Source: Lysobacterales bacterium (GTDB taxonomy: Bacteria > Pseudomonadota > Gammaproteobacteria > Xanthomonadales > Rhodanobacteraceae). From it: a stretch of DNA of 64,000 bases. The DNA lies in NCBI GenBank assembly GCA_038205505.1, contig JBBRBU010000014.1:8067-72066 (forward strand), given 5' to 3'. Below, piece by piece: positions 1-9,395 of this stretch. The notes beneath the pieces were generated by a model. It did no database searches. It was given only the letters and a program-made list of their open reading frames with translations, and was not told where the DNA came from. Each line of letters starts with the position of its first letter. The first letter of the stretch is position 1. The position numbers were made by a program, and so were the translations under genes.

Positions 1-52
1 CGCACGTCGATATACTTGTCCCAGCGCCGCATCTGTAGCGGCCGGGCTGACC

Positions 53-3000
53 ATGTTGCCTGACCTGAACAAAACTGCCGATCGTCCTCCTTCCGCGCTA
101 GGGACACTGGCCCGTTTCCTGCCTGCCGTGCTGATTTTCGCCATCGCGATTCCGGCCACGGACCCCCTCGTCCTGATCGTGCTTCTCGCTGGCATTGCGC
201 TGATGCTGACTGCTGTCTGCGCGAGTATTGGATTTGCCATGGATGGCCGCTTCGTGCGCAGCATCGCACGCCGAGGCCTGGCCGGTCTGCTCGCGCTGAG
301 TCTGTTCACGGTTTTCCTTGCTGTGCTGTTGCTGGCGCCGACCTGGTGGCTGCTGCGCGAACCCTCATTGAGCGGCGCCCTGGCGTTGTCCGCGGCAATT
401 CTGCTCGGCGTGCTTTCGCTGTGGCGCATCTGGCCCGTGTTCGTGCTGCCATTTGTCTGGGATGACGCCTATCCGGAAGTCGCCGAAGGCTCTTGGCTGG
501 CGACTGCATTGCGCCGCTCGCTGGCCTTCGCCCGGCATCTCACCGGCGAACACGAGCTGTTCTTCAGCCATGGGCTGCCGACGGCGATTTTCGTGATCAT
601 CATCTGTATGGGAGCCTTGGCACTGGCAGCTTTTGGCAGCGTGCTCGATCTGGAAATGCGCATTTCGGCGATCGCGCTGTACGCGCTGCTGGTGGTGCCG
701 CTGGCCTGTTTGTTGATGGTGACTCGTTGCGTCAACGCGATCTTCACCGACGCGCGTTCGCAGCGCTCGCAGCGCAAGCGCGAAGAATTCCCGAATGCTG
801 CTGCGGTCATGGCCGATGCGGTGGCGGAAGAACACGACGAAATGAGCAGTCCGGACGCAACCCTGCTCGCCGCTGCACGCTCAGGTCAGATCGAACTGGC
901 ACTGGCTGCACTCGATGTCGGTGCCAATCCGAACCTTTTGCCTGGCGAGCGTGACCGCGATCAACGCAGCGTTCTCGTGCATGCGGTGATCCTGCCCGAC
1001 CTGCGCCTGTTGCGCACGCTGATCGAGAAGGGCGTCGACGTAAATTGCGCGCATGCCGGCCTGCCGCCCTTGATTGCGGCGACCCGAGACAGCTTTCAGG
1101 GGCGTCCCGATGCGATCATGACCCTGCTCGCCAATGGCGCCGCGCCGACGATAACCGATGCGGTTGGGAATACCGCCCTGCATCATGCCGCCCTGTGCGG
1201 CGAACCCATCGTGGCCGCCCTGCTCGCCGATGCCGGCGTACCGCTTGACGCGATCAATCGTGAAGGCATGACCGCACTTGGCGTGGCCTGTGCCAATCGC
1301 AACTGGACAATGACCACGTTCCTGCTCGATCGAGGCGCGGCGAGCACGGTCGAGCAGTCGCAGCCAGCAATGCTCCTCGCCGCGGATGCAACCGAAGATG
1401 ATGCGGCCGGCGTCAAGCTTTTGCTCAAGCGCAGGGCAGCGGTCGATGCACGGGGTCGGCTTGATCGAACGGCGCTGATGATGGCTGCATTGCATGGCCA
1501 CACGCAGATTGCCGAGAGCTTGCTCGGAGCCGGGGCGATGGTGGACCTGGTCGATCGCAATGGCACCTCCGCGCTGATGGAAGCTGCGCGCTCCGGAGCG
1601 GTTGCGATTATCCACGCACTGGGCCGTCGCAACGTGGCCGTGGATGGCACCGATGCGCTCGGCCGCAGTGCGTTGATGATTGCGTGTGGATCCCGCACTG
1701 CCAACGAGGAGGTCGTTCGCGTCCTGCTCGGACTCGGTGCCGATGCCGGGCTATGCGCCAATGATGGGCGTCGTCCGGTGGATCTGGCCATTGCCAGCGG
1801 GCGTTGGCCGATCGTTGCCCTGCTTGATCCCGGCTATGCCCTGCCGAGCACTCTCAGCGGAGAGCCTCCGACTGAGGTTGAGATTGATCTCGCCCACCTT
1901 CTGGATGCCTTGCGTTTCGGCCATTGGGATGTCGCAGAAGACATGCGCGATGCGATTCCGGTGCGCCCAGAGGCCGAGCTGGCACAGCTCTATCTCGGAC
2001 TGATCGAGGTGCAATACGAACGTGCGCGAAACTGGGTCTGCAACCATGGGCTGAGCGCCGAGACGCGATTCGCAAGCGGAAAAACCCTTGGCGATGTCCT
2101 GCTCGCAGGCCTTCCCGAAAGCGGTGCCGCCCTGCAGCAACTGGTGAATCGGGGTTTTCCGATCGGCGGCGCAGGCGTCGTCGCGCAGATCCTCGCACTG
2201 GCTCCGATGGGCGGCAACAATCGCTGCCTTTCCGATCTGGCCATGAGCCTGGTCGAGCGCGGTGCCGACTGGCTCGCTTGCGCTCCCGGCGAATCGACCA
2301 CGGTCCACCTGGCCAGTTCGCTCGGCGAAAATCGACTGGTCGACGAACTGCTTTCGCGCGGCGCTGATCCGAATGCGCGGGACGCGCGCGGCCTGATGCC
2401 TCTGCACTCTGCATTGAAAGCTTCCGGGGCGCGCTCGGTGGCCGTATCACGGGTGCTGATCCGGCATGGGGCGGATCCTGAATTGGCTTCTGAAAGTGGC
2501 GAGACGCCGCTGGGCCTGGCCCTTTCGAGGGCGCATCGAGATCTGGTCTATTGGCTTAACTGGCCGCGCTGGAAGTTGCCAGGACGTGCCTTGCGAGGTG
2601 CGGATTTGCCAGCCGCCGCGGCCGGTGGCGACATCGACGCCGTCGACAAACTGATTGCGCTCGGCATCCCGATCAACAGCGTCGATCATCAGGGCGCGAG
2701 TGCGCTGATTCGTGCCGCCGGTTCGGGCTTCGCCGGATTGGTCGTGCGCCTGCTCGATGTCGGTGCCGATCCGAAGCAGACCTCGTGGTCGGGAGCCACC
2801 TGTCTTTCCGCTGCTGTCGCAGGCCGTCGCGAAGCGGTTGTGCGAACCTTGCTGCAGCAGGGAATCGAGGCTGACCAGCAATTACCTGGCGGCGGCACGC
2901 CATTGATGATCGCCGCGGCGCTGGGTTTGCCGCGATTGGCCGAACCACTGCTTGAACGCGGAGCCGACCCGAACGCGGCTGATGATCGCGGCAATACAGC

Positions 3001-3466
3001 CTTGCAGGCCGCCGCCTTGTTCGCTTTCGACGGCCGCGATACTGCGACGGCCGCAGAGTTGCTTGATCTGCTGCTGCGTCACGGCGCGCGCATCGACATG
3101 CGCAATCAAGTCGGACAGGATGCATTGCTTCTATTGCTCGGCGTTCGAGCCGAACCCGGCAGTCCCTGTGATGCCCAGCACCTCGCCCACCTCGCCGTCT
3201 TGCTGATTGGAAAGGGGGCCTCGGTCGACGGCCGCGATCAGCGTGGTGTCAGTCCCCTGCACGCCTGCGCCATGCATGGTCTGCTCGGCGTTGCGAAGTT
3301 GCTGAAAGCGCACGATGCCGCGGTAGATCAGCAAGATGGACTCGGTCGAACGGCCGGTGAAGTCGCCGCCCTGCTCGGCTACACCGACGTTGCCAGTGAG
3401 CTTGGTGTCATTCGCAATGCCGCACCGAGTGCGCGCTTGACCTTGCGAAAACGCGTCACGGATTGA
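53..3466 (+). CDS. Membrane-anchored ankyrin repeat protein (N-terminal TM helices plus many ankyrin repeats)
   Basis: 1137-aa ORF. Hydrophobic N-terminal ~230 aa, then repeated ankyrin motifs (GNTALHHAA, RTALMMAA, GETPLGLA, GTPLMIAA, GVSPLHACA). Confidence 0.9.
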   Translation: MLPDLNKTADRPPSALGTLARFLPAVLIFAIAIPATDPLVLIVLLAGIALMLTAVCASIGFAMDGRFVRSIARRGLAGLLALSLFTVFLAVLLLAPTWWLLREPSLSGALALSAAILLGVLSLWRIWPVFVLPFVWDDAYPEVAEGSWLATALRRSLAFARHLTGEHELFFSHGLPTAIFVIIICMGALALAAFGSVLDLEMRISAIALYALLVVPLACLLMVTRCVNAIFTDARSQRSQRKREEFPNAAAVMADAVAEEHDEMSSPDATLLAAARSGQIELALAALDVGANPNLLPGERDRDQRSVLVHAVILPDLRLLRTLIEKGVDVNCAHAGLPPLIAATRDSFQGRPDAIMTLLANGAAPTITDAVGNTALHHAALCGEPIVAALLADAGVPLDAINREGMTALGVACANRNWTMTTFLLDRGAASTVEQSQPAMLLAADATEDDAAGVKLLLKRRAAVDARGRLDRTALMMAALHGHTQIAESLLGAGAMVDLVDRNGTSALMEAARSGAVAIIHALGRRNVAVDGTDALGRSALMIACGSRTANEEVVRVLLGLGADAGLCANDGRRPVDLAIASGRWPIVALLDPGYALPSTLSGEPPTEVEIDLAHLLDALRFGHWDVAEDMRDAIPVRPEAELAQLYLGLIEVQYERARNWVCNHGLSAETRFASGKTLGDVLLAGLPESGAALQQLVNRGFPIGGAGVVAQILALAPMGGNNRCLSDLAMSLVERGADWLACAPGESTTVHLASSLGENRLVDELLSRGADPNARDARGLMPLHSALKASGARSVAVSRVLIRHGADPELASESGETPLGLALSRAHRDLVYWLNWPRWKLPGRALRGADLPAAAAGGDIDAVDKLIALGIPINSVDHQGASALIRAAGSGFAGLVVRLLDVGADPKQTSWSGATCLSAAVAGRREAVVRTLLQQGIEADQQLPGGGTPLMIAAALGLPRLAEPLLERGADPNAADDRGNTALQAAALFAFDGRDTATAAELLDLLLRHGARIDMRNQVGQDALLLLLGVRAEPGSPCDAQHLAHLAVLLIGKGASVDGRDQRGVSPLHACAMHGLLGVAKLLKAHDAAVDQQDGLGRTAGEVAALLGYTDVASELGVIRNAAPSARLTLRKRVTD

Positions 3467-3719
3467 TGCCGGGATGACCAACCGTTCGGTTGTAGCAGGC
3501 CGTATCGAATTGACATGGCCTGTCCCGGAATCGGACCCGATCTCAGGGTAAGCCGCAGGAAGTGACGCCTCCATCGATCCGGGAATCGAAGGGTGTTTGC
3601 AGACAGGACGGAATCACCGCAGGTGATTCCGCGGTTTACGCAAGCATGACGGCGCCTCCTGCGAGCCTCGTGTGGCGGAATCCGCTTCGCGTGTTCCGCC
3701 CTCCCCTTGGTTGCTTGTT

Positions 3720-3809
3720 ACGCTCCTTTGGAGCGCGGCTTCCCTGCCGTTTTTCACTCGCCTCCCGGCCAGCGAGTCACTTCACTTTGAGTGGCCATGC
3801 AAGAGAAGG
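3720..3809 (+). repeat. Single copy of a ~90-bp structured repeat module, also present at 42393-42480 and inverted at 42840-42929
   Basis: acgctcctttggagcgcggcttccctgccg...tcactcgcctcccggccagcgagtcactt aligns by eye with the reverse complement of 42840-42929. Confidence 0.8.
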
Positions 3810-4061
3810 CTGGACGCTCGACACGAATGGCAAGTGGACCAAGACAGGATGTCTCCACACGCAGTGCGGGCAGACACAAACCGAGAAAAGTTACTGGACT
3901 GCTGCCTGCGCAGGGGCGACGAGTTCGATTGCAACTGCGTCAGAAACCCTCTTGAAGTTTCCTGCGGATCCGCCAGCGCCATTCCTCATTTAACAAGCTA
4001 CTGAGGAGTCAAGCAGGAGTCCGCAACGCGACATGCGACAGGCTCAGCCTCCAATCTGGAG

Positions 4062-4700
4062 ATGACGACCCTCATGTCAGTACAGCGCATCCTGCTCTTC
4101 GTCGTGGTCGTCATTGGCGGGATCCCGAATTCGGCCCACGCCGGCGGGCCGTTCGGCTTTGATCACCCGATCGCATATGACAATTCGGGAATCTGGAATC
4201 GCTCGTATCAGAAGGATCTTGTCCTCGGTTCCGCATTGACCGTGCTCGGAGGTGCCCTTTTTGCCGACAACGACACGCGCCTCGGACGCACATTCGATCA
4301 ATCGCTTGATGCAATGATCTTCACCGCCGCAGTGACGACAACGGCCAAGTTTGCGTTCGCGCGAAAGCGCCCGAATCAGACTGACGATCCGAACAGTTTC
4401 TTTGCGGGCCGTGGAAACCAGAGTTTCCCGAGTGGCGAGGTTGGCCAGATCAGTGCAATCGTCACCCCTTTCATTGCCGAATACCGTCACGATCATCCTG
4501 CGGTCTGGTTGCTCGCCGCCCTGCCTGCCTACGATGCGATCGCACGCGTGAAGACTCGTGGGCATTGGCAAAGCGACGTCCTCGTCGGTGCAGCAATCGG
4601 CGTGGGTCTCGGCATCTACGCCCACGAACGAGCCTCACCTTTCTTTGCCGGGTATTTGCCCGGCGGTGGGGCGATGGTCGGCTACACGACGAAATTTTGA
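4062..4700 (+). CDS. PAP2-family phosphatase/phosphotransferase (membrane)
   Basis: Motifs KFAFARKRP (C1), SFPSGE (C2, normally PSGH) and RVKTRGHWQSDV (C3). The start could be 4074. Confidence 0.8.
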   Translation: MTTLMSVQRILLFVVVVIGGIPNSAHAGGPFGFDHPIAYDNSGIWNRSYQKDLVLGSALTVLGGALFADNDTRLGRTFDQSLDAMIFTAAVTTTAKFAFARKRPNQTDDPNSFFAGRGNQSFPSGEVGQISAIVTPFIAEYRHDHPAVWLLAALPAYDAIARVKTRGHWQSDVLVGAAIGVGLGIYAHERASPFFAGYLPGGGAMVGYTTKF

Positions 4701-4822
4701 CGAGGAGTTCTGCATAGTCTGGCTTCCCTCGTGAATCCGGATCTGGCGAGCGACCCATGACTGTTCATCGCAACGACTACCCGATTCCGCGTCCGAACAG
4801 AGTCGACTGGATCGTCGGCCGC

Positions 4823-5494
4823 ATGAAGGTTCTCATCGTCGAAGACGAGCGCGACATCGCGGCGAATATCTGGGACTTCCTCGAACGTCGCGGCCATGTT
4901 GTCGATCATGTGGTCGATGGCAAGCAAGGGCTTGCCCGCGCCATGAACGGAAGCTTCGACATCATCATCCTCGACCTCGGTTTGCCGCGTCTCGACGGAC
5001 TGGAGCTATGCCGGCGCCTGCGAGATGCGGGCAATGGCGTTCCTGTGCTGATGTTGACCGCGCGCGATACGCTGGAGGATTGTCTGAGCGGATTCGAGCA
5101 TGGAGCGGACGACTATCTGGTCAAGCCGTTCGCCTTGCGCGAGCTCGAAGCCCGCATCCGCGTCCTCCACCGCAAGGGTTCGCCGCCAGAAGATGCGTTG
5201 CTCAAGCTCGGAGAGTTGAGTTATTCGCCAACCTCGATGTTGGCGCAGCGTGCCGGACAATCGATTCCGCTGACGGTTGCCCAGGGTCGCATCCTGAGCC
5301 TGCTGATCCGCGAATCGCCGAACGTGATCCGTCGTGAGAGCTTGCGGGTGTCGGTCTGGGGAGAGGAGGGCGGCACCATGGCGGCCCTGCATACGCATGT
5401 TTGCACGCTGCGCGCATTGATCGATCGTCCGTTTTCCAAAGTCATGCTGCAGACCGTGCACGGCATCGACTATCGGCTGGTGGATCCGGAGTGA
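4823..5494 (+). CDS. OmpR/PhoB-family response regulator
   Basis: MKVLIVEDE...IIILDLGLP...MLTARD...DYLVKPF receiver domain plus winged-helix C-terminus. The start may be 4757. Confidence 0.9.
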   Translation: MKVLIVEDERDIAANIWDFLERRGHVVDHVVDGKQGLARAMNGSFDIIILDLGLPRLDGLELCRRLRDAGNGVPVLMLTARDTLEDCLSGFEHGADDYLVKPFALRELEARIRVLHRKGSPPEDALLKLGELSYSPTSMLAQRAGQSIPLTVAQGRILSLLIRESPNVIRRESLRVSVWGEEGGTMAALHTHVCTLRALIDRPFSKVMLQTVHGIDYRLVDPE

Positions 5495-6717
5495 CACAGC
5501 GATCAGTCTCGCTACGCTGGCGCGTGACCCTGGCATTTGGTCTGCTCGGCCTGGTCCTCAGCGGTCTCTTCGCCGGTGCCACGACCTTCATCACCGAACA
5601 CTACGAAGAGCTACTCGTGGACCGCATGCTTGAAAGCTTCTCTGCCGATCTCTTCGCACGTCATTCGAGTACTTCAACTCGCACATTGGCTCTGCCGACA
5701 TCACACACCTTGCAGGGTTACCTGCAGCATGCCGATGGGAGCGGAGCAGTCCCCGAAGCCTATGCCTCCTTGCCACTCGGCATGCATGAGGTCGACCTCG
5801 GTGAAGACCAGGACTTCCGCGTCGGGGTTTTCAATCTGGATGGTGACCGTCTGTACCTCGCCATGAATCTCGCCGACGTCGAACCGCTCGAGACCTACCT
5901 CGAACAAATCCTTGCCGCCATCGTCGTGTTTGGCACGCTGATCGCTTCATGGCTCGGCTGGCTCTTCGCGGGTCGCACGATCGCCCCGGTACGTCGACTT
6001 GCCGAAGCGGTCGAAGCGCTGCCGTCGTACGCGCAGCCAACGCAACTCGCCTTGCACGTGGCCAATGACGAGCTCGGCCGACTGGCCAAGGCCATCGATA
6101 GCTACCAACAGCGACTCATGCAGGCCGATGAGCGCGAGCGAGCATTTTTTGCTGATGCGAGTCACGAGTTGCGCACGCCACTGGCGGTCATCCGCGGAAC
6201 GGCCGAGCTGTTGCTCGACGATGACCAGCTCGAGAATCAGCCACGCTCCCGTCTCGAGCGCCTTGATCGTGGCGTGCAGACGCTCGCCGACCTTCTGGAA
6301 GCGCTGCTCTTGCTGGCCCGTGGCACGAAGAGTCCGCCCGAGTCCGTCGATGTTGTCAGCTGGCTCTCCGAGACCCTGCCGGAGATCAATGCCGCCGGCA
6401 GGCTGGAAGTCCACCGCATGCCGGACACGGGGCCGCTGCTCCTGCGCCCACGCGAGGCCAGCCTTGTCGTTCGTGGCATCGTGCGCCGACTTGATCGCAG
6501 CCTGGAGTTGGCGACGATCCGGGTTGAAGTTCACAGCAAAGAATTGATTCTCGGCATACCCCGCGATTCGACCGTGACGGGCGATTCCGGCCATGCCCAG
6601 GAATCCGGCGACCGCAGACTTGGTGTCACCCTGATCGGCCGCCTGGCTGCGCAGATGGATTGGGTCATTGATGAAAACCAGTCAGCAGCCGGACGCATCT
6701 CGATCCGGCTGTCTTGA
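5491..6717 (+). CDS. Sensor histidine kinase (2 TM, HAMP, HisKA) with an apparently degenerate ATPase domain
   Basis: GTGA overlap with the regulator stop. H-box FFADASHELRTPL is present; N/D/F/G boxes are not recognisable. Confidence 0.8.
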   Translation: MTQRSVSLRWRVTLAFGLLGLVLSGLFAGATTFITEHYEELLVDRMLESFSADLFARHSSTSTRTLALPTSHTLQGYLQHADGSGAVPEAYASLPLGMHEVDLGEDQDFRVGVFNLDGDRLYLAMNLADVEPLETYLEQILAAIVVFGTLIASWLGWLFAGRTIAPVRRLAEAVEALPSYAQPTQLALHVANDELGRLAKAIDSYQQRLMQADERERAFFADASHELRTPLAVIRGTAELLLDDDQLENQPRSRLERLDRGVQTLADLLEALLLLARGTKSPPESVDVVSWLSETLPEINAAGRLEVHRMPDTGPLLLRPREASLVVRGIVRRLDRSLELATIRVEVHSKELILGIPRDSTVTGDSGHAQESGDRRLGVTLIGRLAAQMDWVIDENQSAAGRISIRLS

Positions 6718-7129
6718 ACCGCCGCAAACGAGCCAATGTCCGTCGCATTCGAATTTGCGGCAAAAATATAGATGATCATGAAGCCATGGTCCGTGATCCG
6801 TTCAAGGCTGCTCACGTCAGCGTTCTCGTTGGGCGCTCGCCATGGGATTCCGACGATCGCCGCTAGACGCGCTGCCCTTGCTCGAAAGTGAAGACTGGAT
6901 CCAACCGCTGCGCAACGTGCATTCCGGCCATTGAAAGCCATGCTGGAAGCGCATCATGTTCGGCGTCACAGGAACCACGTCGGCAGCGATGACTTATTGA
7001 ATGGGTGAATTGTTCAGCGCACCATTCGGTGCGTCTATTGAGCGTCTCCGGAGTGACATTCAAGCTGTCGTCTCGCAGCTTCCGCCGGTCTCGGAATCGA
7101 ATTCGCATTCGCATGCAGGACCCGTCCAG

Positions 7130-8329
7130 TCATCGACGACGGACGGAGGTCGCTACCTTGGCCGTGTCCAGCTCGAAATCCACATCGATCTTGTTGCAGA
7201 TACTCGGCTGATCGAGCCAGTTGGTCGAAATGGGCTGATTACCCGAACCATAGGGGCCGTAGACTTCAGGATCGGTGCAACTGAACAGGCCGAAGACGAT
7301 CGGTCCGCGGCTGGCGCAGGCCAAATGCATGATGCCGCAATCCGCCGCGATGAACAGTCGGGTCGCCGCGATGACGGCGGCCATACGCCGTGGATGACTC
7401 GAAAAGTAGCCCGGTACCGAGGCACGAAGACCCGATATGCCATGCGCCGGAAGAAGTTCGACGAATCGCGCCTGCGGATACTTGATGCGAAGGCAATCGA
7501 GCATTCTCAACCACCAATTATCGTCGAAGCACTTGCCTCCGGTTGCGTGGGCAAAGATGGCGATTGTGGGTTGATCTCTCAGGTTTGCCGAGCGGCGAAA
7601 AAGTTCATTCAATTTGGCCTGACCCCAGGAACGCTCACTGGAGGTCAATCCCAGATCGAGTGATGGCATTGCCTCGCTGCCGGTGAAATCCCCACGCGTT
7701 GCTATCGCCCTGCGCAGGAGAACAATTGGCAACTGAGCCATGTGACGAACACGAAGCGGAGCGGGAAGGGCATAGGTCAATCGCTGCGAGGGTTTCCTGC
7801 CATTGAATCCGATTCGATGGGTCGCCCGGCATCGATTGACCAGAAGGCGGCTTGAATAAGAGCTGATATCCGGGTCGATAGCCAGATCGTAGCGTTGGTG
7901 CCGCAGGGTGCGAAGCACGTTGATGGTTCGCCACGGGTGGCGAAATGCGTGGCGCGGCAAAGAGTAGACGGTGCCGACGTTCGGAAAGTGATCGAACAAT
8001 TCCCGACTCTGATCACCGCCAACGACAAGATCGACCTGGCTGCCTGGAAAGCGCGCCTGCAGTTCCACTATGAGGGGCGTCAACAACAGCAGATTGCCAA
8101 GGCGATGATTCGCCCGGCAGATCAATACCCGGTATAGCCCTTGCTGTGGAATTGGAAGGTCTGCAGGGGAATAGTGCGTGCGTCCCTGTATCCAATGACG
8201 GGCGAAGAAACCAATCGTTCGGCGCCGATAGTCTTGAAGGACGGAACCCCACGACGGTCGAGCAAGTTTTGTCTTGACCGCAGTCTTTTCAGTGCGGCGT
8301 CGCATGACAATTCCGGGAAGCAACATCAT
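7130..8329 (-). CDS. Glycosyltransferase family 9 (heptosyltransferase-like)
   Basis: RLGNLLLLTPLI, YDLAIDP and FIAADCGIMHLA motifs typical of GT9. ATGA overlap with the upstream PepSY gene. Confidence 0.8.
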   Translation of the reverse strand: MMLLPGIVMRRRTEKTAVKTKLARPSWGSVLQDYRRRTIGFFARHWIQGRTHYSPADLPIPQQGLYRVLICRANHRLGNLLLLTPLIVELQARFPGSQVDLVVGGDQSRELFDHFPNVGTVYSLPRHAFRHPWRTINVLRTLRHQRYDLAIDPDISSYSSRLLVNRCRATHRIGFNGRKPSQRLTYALPAPLRVRHMAQLPIVLLRRAIATRGDFTGSEAMPSLDLGLTSSERSWGQAKLNELFRRSANLRDQPTIAIFAHATGGKCFDDNWWLRMLDCLRIKYPQARFVELLPAHGISGLRASVPGYFSSHPRRMAAVIAATRLFIAADCGIMHLACASRGPIVFGLFSCTDPEVYGPYGSGNQPISTNWLDQPSICNKIDVDFELDTAKVATSVRRR

Positions 8330-8682
8330 CGGTCCCGTTGCCTGTCGTCATCCTGATCCGACTTGTCATCCCGACTTTTGGTTTCGAACCCGGTTGCGAC
8401 CAATTCGCCGCTGAGCGCATCGATCTGAACTTCATGGACTTCGTTCGAGCCGTGGGGCCGGAGCTGGATCGACCAGATCAGCCGGCCTTGCTCTTTTTCC
8501 AGGTCAGCGCGCTCGAAAGCGCTGTCAGGAAATTGCCCCGAGGCGACCGATCGCGCAACATCCTTCGAGATTCTGGTTTGGCTGGTACCGAATCGGGACT
8601 GATGCGCTTGCGCAGCGGGAAGCACGGGAACGGTTGCAAACAAAGCCAATGAAACGACTGCGGCGGTGATGCAATTTTGCAT
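8326..8682 (-). CDS. Secreted PepSY-domain protein
   Basis: Signal peptide followed by ADLEKEQGRLIWSIQL...EVQIDALSGELV. SD aggag precedes the ATG at 8682. Confidence 0.8.
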   Translation of the reverse strand: MQNCITAAVVSLALFATVPVLPAAQAHQSRFGTSQTRISKDVARSVASGQFPDSAFERADLEKEQGRLIWSIQLRPHGSNEVHEVQIDALSGELVATGFETKSRDDKSDQDDDRQRDR

Positions 8683-8835
8683 GGCGTGCTCCTGCGATGG
8701 AGCTGACAACTTGCACCTTCGTTCGTTAAGCCAACCTCAGGCAAGGCTTGCCATTTGATTTGGAGAAGCTCGATCGCAATCGCGGGTGGTTGGCGTGAGT
8801 TTCGCTAGCTTGTCTGACGGAGTCATGATCGAAAG

Positions 8836-9333
8836 GTGCGAAAACCGCTCACCAACCGTGGATTTCCCTCCGAATGCACAGAGCGTCTGTTGCCCGGGGC
8901 CTGGATTCCCACCCCTCGGGTTGAGGAACATCCCGCATTGGTGCATCCTGCCCGGGTGTCGCTTAGAAACCTCCAGCGCCGAATCATCGCGCGGGTCAAC
9001 TGTCCCCTGGGACAGCTGGCAAGCTTGATCCTGTGCCTGTCGTTGGCGGGCGCTGGAATGCCGACAGCGTCGGTGCATGCGCACGCGAACGGCGATCAAC
9101 AGCATGACCATGCCGTTCATGTGAGCGTTGCCGACCATTCCGATCATGCAACGGGAGGCGATGCCGAAGACATTCTGCATCTGCATGATGTTGGCCTTTC
9201 ATTGGCAACGCTGCCTTCGTTTCCCGAGTCCGTGATCGATGCGTTGGCGCCAGTTTCCCCGGTTTTCGGCGGCGTGATTCCTGCGCCACCCGATGCATAC
9301 CGTTCGCGCCTTCATCGACCTCCCATCGCCTGA
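8836..9333 (+). CDS. CzcI/CopL-like His-rich exported leader protein ending RPPIA (start uncertain, 8836-8956)
   Basis: Hydrophobic signal-like segment, His-rich middle (HAHANGDQQHDHAVH), Pro-rich tail and C-terminal RPPIA. Lies directly upstream of czcC. Confidence 0.7.
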   Translation: MRKPLTNRGFPSECTERLLPGAWIPTPRVEEHPALVHPARVSLRNLQRRIIARVNCPLGQLASLILCLSLAGAGMPTASVHAHANGDQQHDHAVHVSVADHSDHATGGDAEDILHLHDVGLSLATLPSFPESVIDALAPVSPVFGGVIPAPPDAYRSRLHRPPIA

Positions 9334-9390
9334 CAAACGCGGCCGCTGTCCTGCGGCCTGACCAGCTTTGTCTTTCGATAACCCGGAGGT
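9318..9390 (+). promoter_or_regulatory. Predicted mRNA hairpin sequestering the czcC Shine-Dalgarno
   Basis: acctcc (9318-9323, inside the R-P-P codons) pairs with ggaggt (9385-9390). Inner stems: atcg/cgat, gacaaa/tttgtc, ggccgc/gcggcc. Confidence 0.6.
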
Positions 9391-9395
9391 TTTCC

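Noticed and set aside
3672-4004. 110-aa Cys-containing ORF in the intergenic region
   Set aside because: It runs through REP and repeat-module sequence, with no RBS and no recognisable domain.
4001-4050. SAH-riboswitch-like fragments (ctgaggag...caggctcag)
   Set aside because: The conserved GAGCGCUGC core is absent and the downstream gene is a PAP2, not an SAH-recycling gene.
6863-7663. ORFs 7001-7663 (+) and 6863-7114 (-)
   Set aside because: The first is mostly antisense to GT9. The second lacks an SD and any protein-like signature.
8725-8742. PmrA-box-like direct repeat (ttaag-N6-tcagg) upstream of PepSY, and a similar 11-bp periodicity near 3990
   Set aside because: The half-sites are too degenerate and inconsistent between the two sites to support by eye.
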